A stretch of 64,000 bases of DNA from Myxococcota bacterium (GCA_017994695.1 JAGOKF010000010.1:230-64229); one strand, 5' to 3'; shown: positions 46,281 to 56,528, numbered from the stretch's first letter. Program-made: numbers and translations. The notes: generated by a model not told the origin, from the sequence alone.

Positions 46281-48410
46281 ATGAAGGTCTTGAGGGTGCG
46301 GGCGCTCCGGGGTCCCAACTTCTGGTCGCGACGGACCTGCATGGAAGCGCTGGTGGACCTGGAGGAACTCCGGGACGCCCCCAGCAACTCCCTGCCGGGA
46401 TTCAACGACCGCCTGCTGGCATGGCTGCCCTCCCTCGAGGAGCACCGCTGCGGCGTCGGGGAGCGGGGGGGATTCCTGATGCGGCTCCGGGAAGGGACCT
46501 GGATGGGCCACGTGCTGGAACACGTGGTGCTGGAACTCCAGAGCCTGGCCGGCACGCCGGTGGGCTTCGGGAAGACCCGGGAGACCTGCGTGCCGGGCAT
46601 CTACAAGGTCGCCTTCCGGTACCGGGACGAGACGGTGGCCCGGGCGGCCCTCCAGGCGGCCCTGGACCTCCTGAAGGCCGCCATCGAGGACCGCCCCTTC
46701 GACGTCCGGATGGTCATCGCGGACCTGCGGGACCAGGTGGACCGGCACTGGATCGGCCCCTCCACCCGGGCCATCGCCGAGGCGGCCGAGGCCCGGGACA
46801 TCCCCTGGCAGCGCCTCCATGACGGGAACCTGCTGCAACTGGGATACGGGGCGAAGGCGCGCCGGGTCTGGACCGCCGAGACCGACCGCACCTCGGCCAT
46901 CGCGGAGACCATCTCCCGGGACAAGCACCTGACCCGTTCCCTGCTGGCGGCGGCCGGCGTGCCGGTGCCTGAGGGACAGGTCGTCCGGAACGCCGAGGAG
47001 GCCTGGGAGGTCGCCTCGGAGGACATCGGCCTGCCGGTGGTGGTGAAGCCGGTGGACGGGAACCACGGCCGGGGCGTCTGCCTGGACCTCCGGACCCGGG
47101 AGGAGGTCTTCGAGGCCTGGCGACTGGCGGAACCCGAAGGGTCCGGGGTGATGGTGGAGCGTTTCGTCCCGGGCGTGGAGCACCGGCTGCTGGTGGTGGG
47201 ATCGAAGGTCCAGGCGGCCGTCCGGGGGGAGACCGCCTGGGTGGTCGGGGACGGGAAGTCCACGATCCAGCAGTTGATCGACGCCCAGTTGAACCGGGTC
47301 CCCTGGCGGGGAACCCACGAGGATGCGCCCTACAACCTGATCCGGCTCAGCGACGACCCGGTCTGCCTCTTCGACATCCGACGCCAGGGTCTCGAGGGCC
47401 CCGACTCGGTGCCCGCCGAAGGGCAGCGGGTCCTGGTCCAGCGGAACGGCAACGCCATCCACGACTGCACGGACCTGGTCCACCCGGAGGTGGCGGCGAC
47501 GGCCGTGCTGGCGGCCCGGGTGATCGGCCTGGACGTGGCCGGCATCGACCTGGTCGCCGAGGACATCTCCCGCCCCTTGCAGGAACAGCGGGGTGCCATC
47601 GTCGAGGTCAACGCCGGTCCCGGGCTCCTGATGCACCTGCGGCCGGCGACGGGAACTCCGCGCCCCGTCGGAGAGGCCATCGTCGAGCAGGTCTTCCCGA
47701 ACGGCCAGAACGGCCGGATCCCCCTGGCCTGCATCACGGGGAACCGCTGGCGCGCCCTGACGACCCGCATGGTGGAGAGCATCCTGGAATGGACGGGCCA
47801 GCGCCTGGGCGTCGCGGCCAGCGACGGCGTCCGGGTGGGGAAGAGGGTGCTGGACCCGTCCCCGAGGGCCGACGCCCTGGGGGCGCGCAAGGTGCTCCGG
47901 AATCCCCAGGTCGAAATCGCGCTGCTGGAGGCCGATCCCCTGGGCATCCTCCGGGAGGGGCTGGGCTTCGACCGGTGCCGAGTCGCCGTGGTGACCGACG
48001 TGGGGGATCCGGAAGGCCTCGAGGAGGAATCCATCCGGACCTCCGACGAGTTCTACGGCGTGCTGAGGTGCCCCGTGGACGTCGTGTCGGCGCTCGGATA
48101 CGCGGTGCTGAACGGGGAGGATCCCCAGGCGGCCGACATGGCCCGCCTGTCCGACGGAGGCGTCATCCTCTTCGCCCGGGATCCCGAGACGCCCTCCCTG
48201 CAGGATCACCGGAAGCGCGAAGGGCTGGCGGTCACGATCCGGGAGGGTCGCCTGGTGCTCTGGGACGAGTCGGAAACGGACCTCGGGGAGATCGGCCCCG
48301 GCGACCCGGTCCCGATCCTGGCCGCGGCAGCCACGGGATGGGCCCTGGGACTGGACCCGGAAACCATCCGGTCCGGTCTCCAACCCTGGATGCAGGAGGC
48401 GTCCCGATGA
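46281..48410 (+). CDS. cphA: Cyanophycin synthetase-like protein with degenerate Mur-ligase P-loop (CphA' / CphA2-like)
   Basis: N-terminus MKVLRVRALRGPNFWSRR matches the CphA hallmark. ATP-grasp region is present. The M-domain P-loop reads IPLACITGNRWRALTT instead of GTNGKTTT. 709 aa. Real start inside ORF 45915..48410. Confidence 0.75.
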   Translation: MKVLRVRALRGPNFWSRRTCMEALVDLEELRDAPSNSLPGFNDRLLAWLPSLEEHRCGVGERGGFLMRLREGTWMGHVLEHVVLELQSLAGTPVGFGKTRETCVPGIYKVAFRYRDETVARAALQAALDLLKAAIEDRPFDVRMVIADLRDQVDRHWIGPSTRAIAEAAEARDIPWQRLHDGNLLQLGYGAKARRVWTAETDRTSAIAETISRDKHLTRSLLAAAGVPVPEGQVVRNAEEAWEVASEDIGLPVVVKPVDGNHGRGVCLDLRTREEVFEAWRLAEPEGSGVMVERFVPGVEHRLLVVGSKVQAAVRGETAWVVGDGKSTIQQLIDAQLNRVPWRGTHEDAPYNLIRLSDDPVCLFDIRRQGLEGPDSVPAEGQRVLVQRNGNAIHDCTDLVHPEVAATAVLAARVIGLDVAGIDLVAEDISRPLQEQRGAIVEVNAGPGLLMHLRPATGTPRPVGEAIVEQVFPNGQNGRIPLACITGNRWRALTTRMVESILEWTGQRLGVAASDGVRVGKRVLDPSPRADALGARKVLRNPQVEIALLEADPLGILREGLGFDRCRVAVVTDVGDPEGLEEESIRTSDEFYGVLRCPVDVVSALGYAVLNGEDPQAADMARLSDGGVILFARDPETPSLQDHRKREGLAVTIREGRLVLWDESETDLGEIGPGDPVPILAAAATGWALGLDPETIRSGLQPWMQEASR

Positions 48411-51016
48411 AGGTGGAGCGCATCCGCTCCCTCCATGGACCCAACATCTGGTCCAGGCACCCCGTGATCGAGGCGATGGTCACGCTGGACCCCGACGAAC
48501 TCTCGGACGAACTTCCTCCCGGACTGGACGAGCACTGCCGGGAACTGCTGGCGGCGCTCGAAGGGACCAACGGAGGGACCGTCCTGCCCCGGACGCCGGC
48601 GCACCTGCTGGGACGGATCGCCCTGGGCCTGATGGTCCGCGCCGGGTGTCCGGTGTCGTTCTGCAAGGTGGTCCCGGCCAGGCCCGAGCGCACCTTCCGG
48701 GTGGTCGTGGAGTACGTGGACGAGGAGGTCGGGCTGCTGGCGCTGGAACTGGCCCGGAAGGCGTGCCAGGAGTGCGCGGAGGGACGGTTCCTGGACGTCA
48801 CCACGCTGGTGGAAGAGGTCCGGGACCTCGACGACCAGGTCCGACTGGGTCCGAGCACGGGGGCCATCGTCCGGGCCGCCAGGAAACGAGGCATCCCGGT
48901 CCAGCGCCTGACCCGCGGGAGCCTGGTGCGGCTGGGCTGGGGGGTGCGCCAGCGGCGGATCCTGGCCGCCGAGACGGACCGATCCCCGGCCATCGCCGAG
49001 GGCATCGCCCAGGACAAGCAACTGACGAAGGACCTGCTGGCCGCCGGGGGCGTCCCGGTCCCGGAAGGCCGCGCGGTGGAGACCCAGGAGGACGCCTGGA
49101 AGGCCGCCCTGGAGGTCGGCCTCCCGGTGGTCGTGAAGCCCCGGAATGGCAACCAGGGCAAGGGCGTCAGCGTCAACCTGTCCCGGCGGGAGGAGGTCGA
49201 GGAGGCCTTCCGGGCCGCCCGGGCCTTCGACGATTCGGTGCTGGTGGAGCAGTACGTCCAGGGGCGCGACTACCGGCTGCTGGTCGTCGGGAACCGGATG
49301 GTGGCCGCGGCGCGGCGGGACCCCCCGGTGGCCGTCGGGGACGGCGTACGGTCGGTGCGGGCCTTGGTGGAAAAGATCAACGCCGACCCGAGGCGACGGG
49401 AGGGCCATGCCTCGTCCCTGAGCCGGGTCCGCCTGGACGACATCGCCCTGGCGCTGCTGTCCCAGCAGGGACTCACTCCCGAATCGGTGCCCGACCCGGG
49501 CCAGGTGGTGGTGCTGCGGCGCAACGCAAACCTCAGCACGGGGGGAACGGCCACCGACGTCACCGACGAGGTCCACCCGGACGTCGCCGACCAGGCCGTC
49601 GAGGCGGCCCACATGATCGGCCTGGACGTCTGCGGGGTGGACATCATCGCTCCCCGGATCGACCGTCCCCTCCAGGAGACCCGGGGCGCCGTGGTGGAGG
49701 TCAACGCCGCTCCGGGCCTCCGCATGCACCTGGACCCGTCCTACGGGAAGGGCCGCCCGGTGGGCGAGGCCATCGTCTCCCTGCTGTTCGGCCCGGGCGA
49801 CGACGGGCGGATCCCCGTCGTGGCGGTTTCGGGAACCAACGGCAAGACGACCACCGTTCGGCTGATCACCCACGTGCTGGCGACCATGGGACGCACGGTG
49901 GGCATGACCTGCTCCGACGGCGTCTACGTCGGTCCAAGGAGACTGGACCACGGGGACTGCAGCGGACCCCGGAGCGCCCGGAACGTCCTGTCCCACCCGG
50001 ACGTCGAGGCGGCGGTGCTGGAAACGGCCCGGGGAGGCATCCTCCGGGAGGGCCTGGGTTTCGACTTCTGCGACGTGGCCGTGGTGACCAACGTCGGGCA
50101 GGGGGACCACCTGGGACTGGCGTTCATCGACAGCGTCGAGGACCTCGCGGTGGTGAAGCGGGTGATCGTCCAGGCCGTCGCCCCCCACGGAACCGCCGTG
50201 CTGAACGCGATGGATCCCCTGGTGGTCCGGATGGCCGATGCCTGCCGGGGATCGGTGCTGTTCTTCGCGATGGACCCGGGCCACCCGGTCCTGGACCGGC
50301 ACCGGACCAGGGACGGCCGGGCCCTGTTCCTGGACGGCAGGTCCCTGCGGGCGGTCCGGGGGGAGGACGACGAGATCGAGATTCCCCTGTCCCGCGTGCC
50401 CCTGACCCGGGACGGGCGGATCCCCTTCCAGGTCGAGAACGCGATGGCGGCGGTGGGCGCCTGCTGGGCCCTGGGCGTCCCCTGGGAGGTCATCCTCCAC
50501 GGACTGGAGACCTTCCGGAGCACGCCGGACATGGCCCCGGGACGCTTCAACTGGATGGAGTGGAACGGCGCCACGGTCATCGCCGACTACGGCCACAATC
50601 CCGACGCCATGGAGGCCCTCACCCGGGCCATCGAACACGTGCCGGCCGGGAAGCGGGTGATCGTGATCAGTGCCGCCGGGGACCGCCGCGATGCCGACAT
50701 CGTCCGCCAGGGACAGATCATCGGGGCCTTCTTCGACGAGGTGGTCCTGTACCAGGATCGCTGCCAGCGGGGCCGGGCCGACGGGGAGGTGATCGCCCTG
50801 CTGCGCCAGGGTCTCCAGGGATCCCCCCGGGCACGCATCGTCGCCGAGGTCCGGGGGGAGTTCCTGGCCATCGACACGGGGCTGTCCCGGCTGGCGCCGG
50901 GGGACGTGGGCCTGATCCTGGTGGACCAGGTCGAGGAGTCCCTGGCCTACCTGGGGCAGAAGATCCGGGACGCGAAGACGGAGCCGGCGACCGGCGAGGA
51001 CGACCCTCAGAGGTAG
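48407..51016 (+). CDS. cphA: Cyanophycin synthetase (full-length, ATP-grasp + MurE-like domains)
   Basis: MKVERIRSLHGPNIWSRHPVIEAMV N-terminus. Intact P-loop VSGTNGKTTT. 869 aa. ATGA overlap with upstream cphA-like stop. AGGAGG RBS. Confidence 0.85.
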   Translation: MKVERIRSLHGPNIWSRHPVIEAMVTLDPDELSDELPPGLDEHCRELLAALEGTNGGTVLPRTPAHLLGRIALGLMVRAGCPVSFCKVVPARPERTFRVVVEYVDEEVGLLALELARKACQECAEGRFLDVTTLVEEVRDLDDQVRLGPSTGAIVRAARKRGIPVQRLTRGSLVRLGWGVRQRRILAAETDRSPAIAEGIAQDKQLTKDLLAAGGVPVPEGRAVETQEDAWKAALEVGLPVVVKPRNGNQGKGVSVNLSRREEVEEAFRAARAFDDSVLVEQYVQGRDYRLLVVGNRMVAAARRDPPVAVGDGVRSVRALVEKINADPRRREGHASSLSRVRLDDIALALLSQQGLTPESVPDPGQVVVLRRNANLSTGGTATDVTDEVHPDVADQAVEAAHMIGLDVCGVDIIAPRIDRPLQETRGAVVEVNAAPGLRMHLDPSYGKGRPVGEAIVSLLFGPGDDGRIPVVAVSGTNGKTTTVRLITHVLATMGRTVGMTCSDGVYVGPRRLDHGDCSGPRSARNVLSHPDVEAAVLETARGGILREGLGFDFCDVAVVTNVGQGDHLGLAFIDSVEDLAVVKRVIVQAVAPHGTAVLNAMDPLVVRMADACRGSVLFFAMDPGHPVLDRHRTRDGRALFLDGRSLRAVRGEDDEIEIPLSRVPLTRDGRIPFQVENAMAAVGACWALGVPWEVILHGLETFRSTPDMAPGRFNWMEWNGATVIADYGHNPDAMEALTRAIEHVPAGKRVIVISAAGDRRDADIVRQGQIIGAFFDEVVLYQDRCQRGRADGEVIALLRQGLQGSPRARIVAEVRGEFLAIDTGLSRLAPGDVGLILVDQVEESLAYLGQKIRDAKTEPATGEDDPQR

Positions 51017-52266
51017 TGCCCGCCGGCCATCCGAAGCACGAATGGCTCCCGCGACAGCAGGCAGATTCGGAACCAGGACTCCCAGGCGATCCGCCCGGTC
51101 TCGGGGTCCTTCTGAAGATTCCCGTGGCAGCCGGTAGCCCCCAGGTCCTTGCAGCGGGCGAAGACTCCCGAGACCCCGCAGGACAGCGACGGGTCGATGC
51201 CCCGGGCCATCGCCTCGGCGTCCTCGTCCCCTGCGGGAAGGCAGATTTCGTAGAAATCGAAGCGATCGGGATTGTCCCGGGAAAACCCGATCCGCTCCAG
51301 GTCGCATTCCGGTCCATCGACCCGGATCAGGGCCTCCAGCCACTGGGTGGGATAGTCGGCACACTGGTAGGTGCCCGGCTGGATCGCGTAGGCGTTCAGC
51401 ACCCGGTAGAAGACGGCCCGGTTGGCCTCGTTTCGCCCCTCCTCGCCCCTGCGGAAGGTCATCGGCACCTCGCTGGAGGCGACTCCGCCGAAAGCCAGCA
51501 GTTCCACCGGCGGCAGGTTCCGCATCCCGCAGTCCCCCTCGACCGGGGGACAGGGGTCCGCGAGTCCCCGGGCCGTGGGCCACCAGATCGGGGTTTCCGG
51601 GATCGGGTACCAGGGGCCGTCCGTGTTCAGCGAAGAGGCAGAGTGGTAGAGGAACCGCGGCGTGCGGTTCCCGTCCCAGAGGACCAGCACCAGGTCCCGC
51701 CACCAGGGCACCTGCTGGGCCGCGTAGATCGTCACCGGATCCCCGACCTCGAAGGGCGGGCCCTGGTCCAGCGGCAGGTTCGTTTCGATGGTCACGGGGG
51801 ACCCGTCCTCCATCCGGAACACGTACCGGTGCCCGGACCGCGTCTCCTCCACCCTGGCAAGAGTGGCGGAGCCGAAGATCACCCCCTGGCCCCACGGAGG
51901 CATGGGGCTCCCTTCGGTGGGAAACCCGAAGACCTCGAAGTTCGCGTAGGTGGCCGGAGGAGGCTCCCGGCACTCGCCGGACCCCGTGTCCCATCCGCCG
52001 ACATCGACCGGGCCGTCCCCGCCGAGATCCATGCCCCCGACGTCCGTCGGGGCGGGATCGACCCCAGGATCCGGCGTTTCCCCAAGGTCCCGGAGGTCGA
52101 GGGACGGGTCCGTTCCCCCCTCGACCACGTCCCCGGGCGGGACGGGAACGTCCGGCTGGATCGCATCCTCCGGGATCCGGTGATCCCGGGAGGACCCGCC
52201 GGGTTCCAGCAGGCATCCAGCCACCAGCGCCAGGCACGGGACCAGGCTCCAGAGCCGCCGCGACAT
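51007..52266 (-). CDS. Lipoprotein, hypothetical
   Basis: Lipobox MSRRLWSLVPCLALVAGC. Acidic Pro/Asp-rich linker, then globular domain. Convergent 10-nt overlap with cphA. Confidence 0.55.
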   Translation of the reverse strand: MSRRLWSLVPCLALVAGCLLEPGGSSRDHRIPEDAIQPDVPVPPGDVVEGGTDPSLDLRDLGETPDPGVDPAPTDVGGMDLGGDGPVDVGGWDTGSGECREPPPATYANFEVFGFPTEGSPMPPWGQGVIFGSATLARVEETRSGHRYVFRMEDGSPVTIETNLPLDQGPPFEVGDPVTIYAAQQVPWWRDLVLVLWDGNRTPRFLYHSASSLNTDGPWYPIPETPIWWPTARGLADPCPPVEGDCGMRNLPPVELLAFGGVASSEVPMTFRRGEEGRNEANRAVFYRVLNAYAIQPGTYQCADYPTQWLEALIRVDGPECDLERIGFSRDNPDRFDFYEICLPAGDEDAEAMARGIDPSLSCGVSGVFARCKDLGATGCHGNLQKDPETGRIAWESWFRICLLSREPFVLRMAGGHYL

Positions 52267-52338
52267 GAGGTGCTCCGAGAAGGAGTACGGCGAAAGCATA
52301 GGATTTTCCGCGGAAGAATCGACCGGATGGCCGGGAAT

Positions 52339-52842
52339 TCAGAACGGGTCGAACCCGCCGCCGTCGAACAGGTCCCTGCGGAGGTCCTGGAACAGTTCCC
52401 GGAGCGTGTCGTAGTGCTGCCTCTCCCAGTCGGCCAGGAAGCGGTAGAAGTTCCGCACCTCCTCCTCGGCGGCCCCCTCGGCCTGCCCCTGGAACAGGGC
52501 GATGGCGTTGGACTCCAGCGTCAGGCCGATGGAGAGGGCCGAGACCTCGAAGGCGGCCTCCCGGGCCTGGGCCCGGAACCGGTCGGTCAGCACCCGGTCC
52601 ACGAAGGCCCGGGTCCCGGGATCGGACCGGGGAACCAGGAAGGCGGCGGCCCCCTCCCGGTCATGCCGCGCGGCGACGTCCTTCAGGAAGGCCTTGTGCT
52701 GGACCTCGTCCCGGGCCAGTTTCTCGAAGACCTCCCGGACCGCATCGTGGTCGGTCCGCTGGGCCACCATCGAGTAGAAGGCGAATCCGTCGTTCTCGAT
52801 CTGCCAGGCCCGGGACAGGATCTCGCGGATCTCCGGTCGCAT
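52339..52842 (-). CDS. Rubrerythrin/ferritin-like diiron domain protein
   Basis: Ferritin-like four-helix pattern with paired E..H motifs (ENDGFAFY...DEVQHKAF; ESNAIALF...WERQHYDTL). ATG 52840-52842 after AGGAGG. Confidence 0.6.
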   Translation of the reverse strand: MRPEIREILSRAWQIENDGFAFYSMVAQRTDHDAVREVFEKLARDEVQHKAFLKDVAARHDREGAAAFLVPRSDPGTRAFVDRVLTDRFRAQAREAAFEVSALSIGLTLESNAIALFQGQAEGAAEEEVRNFYRFLADWERQHYDTLRELFQDLRRDLFDGGGFDPF

Positions 52843-52873
52843 GGTCACCTCCTGTGGCAAGGCTCCCGCCCCA

Positions 52874-53335
52874 TCATCGTTCCCCGGTCATCCCGGATGC
52901 CGGGGGCTCGGCGGGTCGCACGGCGGCCGAGGGTTGCAGCCAGGCCAGCGCGCCGGTGGGACAGAACGGGACGCACCGGGGATCGCCGCCGCAGAGGTCG
53001 CACTTGGCGACCTCGTGCCTCCCCTCGTCCCAGTGCATGTTGCCGAAGGGACAGGCGGCGACGCACATCCGGCACCGGATGCAGGTCTCGTGGGAGACCT
53101 CGATGGCGCCGGTCCGGAGGTTCCAGGACAGGGCCCCGACCGGGCAGACGGCCAGGCAGGCCGCATCGTCGCACTGGAGGCACACCACCGGAGTCCCGGC
53201 CTCGGGCCCCCGTCGGAAGATGTGGATGCGGCTCTGGGCGGGCCGACCGTCGCTCCCGTGGGCGAAGGAGCAGGCCAGTTCACACTTCCCGCAAGCGATG
53301 CAGGACTGCGGCGTCACCCGGTAGATGCGATCCAT
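52874..53335 (-). CDS. 4Fe-4S dicluster ferredoxin-domain protein
   Basis: Multiple CxxCxxCxxxCP motifs (CIACGKCELAC, CLQCDDAACLAVCP, CIRCRMCVAACP, CDLCGG...CVPFCP). Confidence 0.8.
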   Translation of the reverse strand: MDRIYRVTPQSCIACGKCELACSFAHGSDGRPAQSRIHIFRRGPEAGTPVVCLQCDDAACLAVCPVGALSWNLRTGAIEVSHETCIRCRMCVAACPFGNMHWDEGRHEVAKCDLCGGDPRCVPFCPTGALAWLQPSAAVRPAEPPASGMTGER

Positions 53336-53378
53336 GGTTCTCCCCTCTGCTCTCCCCCCGGTCCCCGGTCGCCGACCT

Positions 53379-54158
53379 TCACGAAGCGGCGGACCCCTTC
53401 GGCCCCGATCCCAGCGTCACGGTGGCAGCGGCCATCTCCCGCCGCTTGCAGGCGTCGCAGACCTCGAACTCCTCCGGAGGCCATCCCATGCGCTTCCCGT
53501 ACCACTCCGCCTGGGCCTTCGTGATGTGGGCCCTTCCGCACCGGGGGCACCGGACCATCTCGAAGTCCCGGTTCCAGATCCGCCGACCCCCGGGACCCGA
53601 CTCGAAGCGGATGAACCCCGTGGGGCAGATCTCCGCGCAGGCAAGGCACCCGACGCAGGCCGCCGGGGGTTCGTGGAAGGGCGGCGCGACGACCCGGCCG
53701 GCTCCCCGGTCGGCGGTCCCGATGGCCGAGTGTCCCAGGCGGTCGCAGATCCGCACGCACAGGCCGCACAGGATGCAGTCCGTCGGGTCGGGGTTGGGCT
53801 CGTAGGAGGTCTTCTCGATGCCGTGTTCCCGGGCGAGACGCTGGATCAGCGGCGTCCGGGGGGAACGGGCCAGCAGGAGGTCCAGCACGACCTTCCGGGT
53901 CTCGACCACCCGCTCCGACCGCGTGTCCACGATCAGGCCGTCCTCCACGGGGTAGAGGCACGACACCACCATCTTCCGCCATCCGTCCCACTCGGGCCGG
54001 GTCACGTCCACCACGCAGAGACGGCACCCGCCGTAGGGCTCCACCGCTGGGTGTTCGCAGAGGGTCGGAACCGGCACTCCGGCCTGCCGGCAGGCCTGGA
54101 GCAGGAAGGTCCCCGCCGGGGCCTCCACGCGCCGTCCGTCAATGGTCAGCGTGGGCAT
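53379..54158 (-). CDS. NuoG/HoxU-like iron-sulfur subunit (N-terminal 2Fe-2S + 4Fe-4S clusters only)
   Basis: MPTLTIDGRRVEAPAGTFLLQACRQAGVPVPTLCEHP... typical of NuoG/HoxU N-terminus. 259 aa. No catalytic (molybdopterin or H-cluster) domain. Confidence 0.7.
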   Translation of the reverse strand: MPTLTIDGRRVEAPAGTFLLQACRQAGVPVPTLCEHPAVEPYGGCRLCVVDVTRPEWDGWRKMVVSCLYPVEDGLIVDTRSERVVETRKVVLDLLLARSPRTPLIQRLAREHGIEKTSYEPNPDPTDCILCGLCVRICDRLGHSAIGTADRGAGRVVAPPFHEPPAACVGCLACAEICPTGFIRFESGPGGRRIWNRDFEMVRCPRCGRAHITKAQAEWYGKRMGWPPEEFEVCDACKRREMAAATVTLGSGPKGSAAS

Positions 54159-56043
54159 GGCTCGCCTCCTCCTTCCCTCCGCCCCGGGGCAGGAACTCGA
54201 TGCAGTTCTCGGGGCAGACGTCGTAACAGGACCCGCAGGAAATGCACTTCTCGGACAGGATCCGGTGCTTCTGCCGGGGACGGCCCTCGATGGCCTCCAC
54301 GGGGCACGCCTTCGTGCACTGGTGGCAGCCGGTGCAGGGGTCCTCGACGATGCGGTAGATCGTCAGGTCCCGACAGATCCCCGCGGGGCAGGCCTTCCGT
54401 TCGATGTGGGCCTCGTACTCGTCCCGGAAGTAGCGCAGCGTGGACAGGACCGGGTTCGGGGCCGACTTGCCCAGTTCGCAGAGGCTCCCGAGCTGCATGC
54501 CCCGGGACAGGCGCTCGATCCGCTCGATGTCCCCCGGGCGCCCCCGCCCCTCGCAGAGGTCGTCGAAGATGCGGAGCATCTGCCGGAGCCCCTCCCGGCA
54601 GGGCACGCACTTCCCGCAGGACTCCTCAGACAGGAACTTCAGGAAGTACCGGGCCACGTCCACCATGCAGGTCCGGTCGTCCATCACGATCATGCCCCCG
54701 GACCCCATCATGCTGCCGTTCTCGGTCAGCACCTCGTAGTCCACGGGCAGGTCCAGCCGGTCGGCCGGCAGACACCCGCCGGACGGGCCTCCGGTCTGCA
54801 CCGCCTTGAAGGGCCGGTCCTTCAGGATGCCGCCGCCGATGTCGAAGATGATGCGCCGGAGCGATTCGCCCATCGGCAGTTCGATGAGCCCGGTGTTCTT
54901 GACCTTGCCCACCAGGGAGAAGGCCTTGGTGCCCTTCGACTTCGCCGTGCCGTACGCCGCGAACCACTCCCCGCCGTGGGCGAGGATCGCCCCCACGTCG
55001 GCCCAGGTCTCGACGTTGTTCAGCACCGTGGGCAGGTCGAACAGCCCCCGGTCGCTGGCATGGATGTACTTCGCCCGGGGCTCCCCGACCTTGCCCTCGA
55101 TGCTCCGCATCAGGGCCGAGGACTCGCCGCAGACGAAGGCGCCTCCCCCGCGGCTCACCCGGAGGTCGAAATCGAAGCCGCTGCCCAGGATGTCCCGGCC
55201 CAGGAGGCCCCGCTCCCGGGCGTCCTCGATGGCCTTCTGGACCTGGACCACCGCCAGGGGATACTCGTCCCGGACGTAGATGTAGCCTTCGTGGGCCCCC
55301 ACGGCGTAGGCCCCGATGATCATGCCCTCCAGCACGCTGTGGGGGTCCCCCTCGAGGATGCTCCGATCCTTGAAGGCCCCGGGATCCCCCTCGTCGCCGT
55401 TGCACAGGACGAATTTCCGGTCCCCCCGGGCCTTCCGGGCCGCCGCCCACTTCCGGGCCGTCGAGAATCCCGCCCCGCCCCGCCCCCGGAGCCCCGCCTT
55501 CCGGACCTCCTCGATGACCTCCTCCGGGGTCTTCTCGAAGAGGGCCTTCACCAGCCCTCCGTAGGCCCCCAGGGCCAGGGCATCGTCCAGGTCCCCGGGG
55601 TCCAGGCGACCGATGTGGCGCATCGCGATCCGGGTCTGGTGGCGGTAGAAGGGGATCTCCTCGTAGCGGGCCACCGGAGCCCGGGTGTTCGGGTCCCGGT
55701 AGAGCAGCCGCTCGACGACCTCTCCCTTGCGGATGGTCTTGTCCAGGATTTCAGGGACGTCCCTGGCCTGGACCCGGGTGTAGAGGATCCCCTCGGGCTG
55801 CACCACCACCAGCGGGCCCCGCTGGCAGAAGCCGTGGCACCCGGTCGTCTTCGTGTACACCCCCAGGCCCGCCTGGATCCCCTCGGACTCGATCCGCGAC
55901 CGGAAGGCCTCGGCCACCGCCGCCGACCCGTTGGCCAGGCACCCGGTGCCGCAGCAGACCCAGATGTCCCGGGTCCGGGCCTCCCGCCGGGCCCGGGCCT
56001 CCGCGACCACCTCCTCGAAGCGCTGCCTCGACTCGATCCGCAT
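54139..56043 (-). CDS. NuoF/HoxF-like NAD(H)-binding FMN flavoprotein subunit with N-terminal thioredoxin-like 2Fe-2S and C-terminal 2x4Fe-4S domains
   Basis: 51-kDa subunit motifs (GRGGAGFSTARKW, CNGDEGDPGAF, ESCGKCVPCREG). Extra Fd domains, as in HndC/HydB-type subunits. Confidence 0.8.
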   Translation of the reverse strand: MRIESRQRFEEVVAEARARREARTRDIWVCCGTGCLANGSAAVAEAFRSRIESEGIQAGLGVYTKTTGCHGFCQRGPLVVVQPEGILYTRVQARDVPEILDKTIRKGEVVERLLYRDPNTRAPVARYEEIPFYRHQTRIAMRHIGRLDPGDLDDALALGAYGGLVKALFEKTPEEVIEEVRKAGLRGRGGAGFSTARKWAAARKARGDRKFVLCNGDEGDPGAFKDRSILEGDPHSVLEGMIIGAYAVGAHEGYIYVRDEYPLAVVQVQKAIEDARERGLLGRDILGSGFDFDLRVSRGGGAFVCGESSALMRSIEGKVGEPRAKYIHASDRGLFDLPTVLNNVETWADVGAILAHGGEWFAAYGTAKSKGTKAFSLVGKVKNTGLIELPMGESLRRIIFDIGGGILKDRPFKAVQTGGPSGGCLPADRLDLPVDYEVLTENGSMMGSGGMIVMDDRTCMVDVARYFLKFLSEESCGKCVPCREGLRQMLRIFDDLCEGRGRPGDIERIERLSRGMQLGSLCELGKSAPNPVLSTLRYFRDEYEAHIERKACPAGICRDLTIYRIVEDPCTGCHQCTKACPVEAIEGRPRQKHRILSEKCISCGSCYDVCPENCIEFLPRGGGKEEASHAHADH

Positions 56044-56045
56044 GG

Positions 56046-56528
56046 CTACTCCTTGGGCTCCAGGTAGTCCCCCACGGAGGCGGGGCGCACGCCGCCGTGG
56101 TACCGGTCGTTGACGATCACCACCGGCGCCATCGCGCAGGCCCCGACGCAGTTCACGGTCTCCAGCGTGAACCCCAGGTCCGGCGTCGTCTCCCCCGGAC
56201 CGATGCCCAGGCGCCGGTGCACCTCGTCGATGATCTGGGGAGCCCCGCGGATGTGGCAGGCGGTCCCGGTGCAGACCTTGATCACCACCTTCCCCTTGGG
56301 GGTCAGACTGAAGGCCCGATAGAAGGTCGACACCTGGAAGACCTTCGACAGGGGAACGCCCAGTTCCGCGGCCACGCGTTCCAGAACCTCGCAGGGGAGG
56401 TAGCGGTAGGCCCGCTGCACGTCCTGGAGCACCTGGATCAGGGACGGCTCCTCCCGGGGATACCTCCGAAGGATGTCCTCCAGGGGGGCCATGTCCGTGC
56501 AGGCGACCGGTCGGGTGGAACTCTCCAT
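56046..56528 (-). CDS. NuoE/HoxE-like thioredoxin-fold 2Fe-2S subunit
   Basis: Cys ligands ...CTGTACH...CVGACAMAP. 160 aa. RBS GAGGGAGG. Confidence 0.75.
   Translation of the reverse strand: MESSTRPVACTDMAPLEDILRRYPREEPSLIQVLQDVQRAYRYLPCEVLERVAAELGVPLSKVFQVSTFYRAFSLTPKGKVVIKVCTGTACHIRGAPQIIDEVHRRLGIGPGETTPDLGFTLETVNCVGACAMAPVVIVNDRYHGGVRPASVGDYLEPKE

Noticed and set aside
47789-48406. N-terminal extension of second cphA ORF (47789..51016) and of first (45915..46280)
   Set aside because: CphA hallmark N-termini (MKV.R...RGPN.WS) begin at 48407 and 46281 with good RBSs. Upstream parts are Arg/Gly-rich.
44118-53805. Very long ORFs 44118..48383(-), 48206..52237(-), 48646..53805(+)
   Set aside because: Same GC-driven artefact. 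They overlap ABC exporter, cphA genes and the Fe-S protein genes in other frames and have no domain-like sequence.
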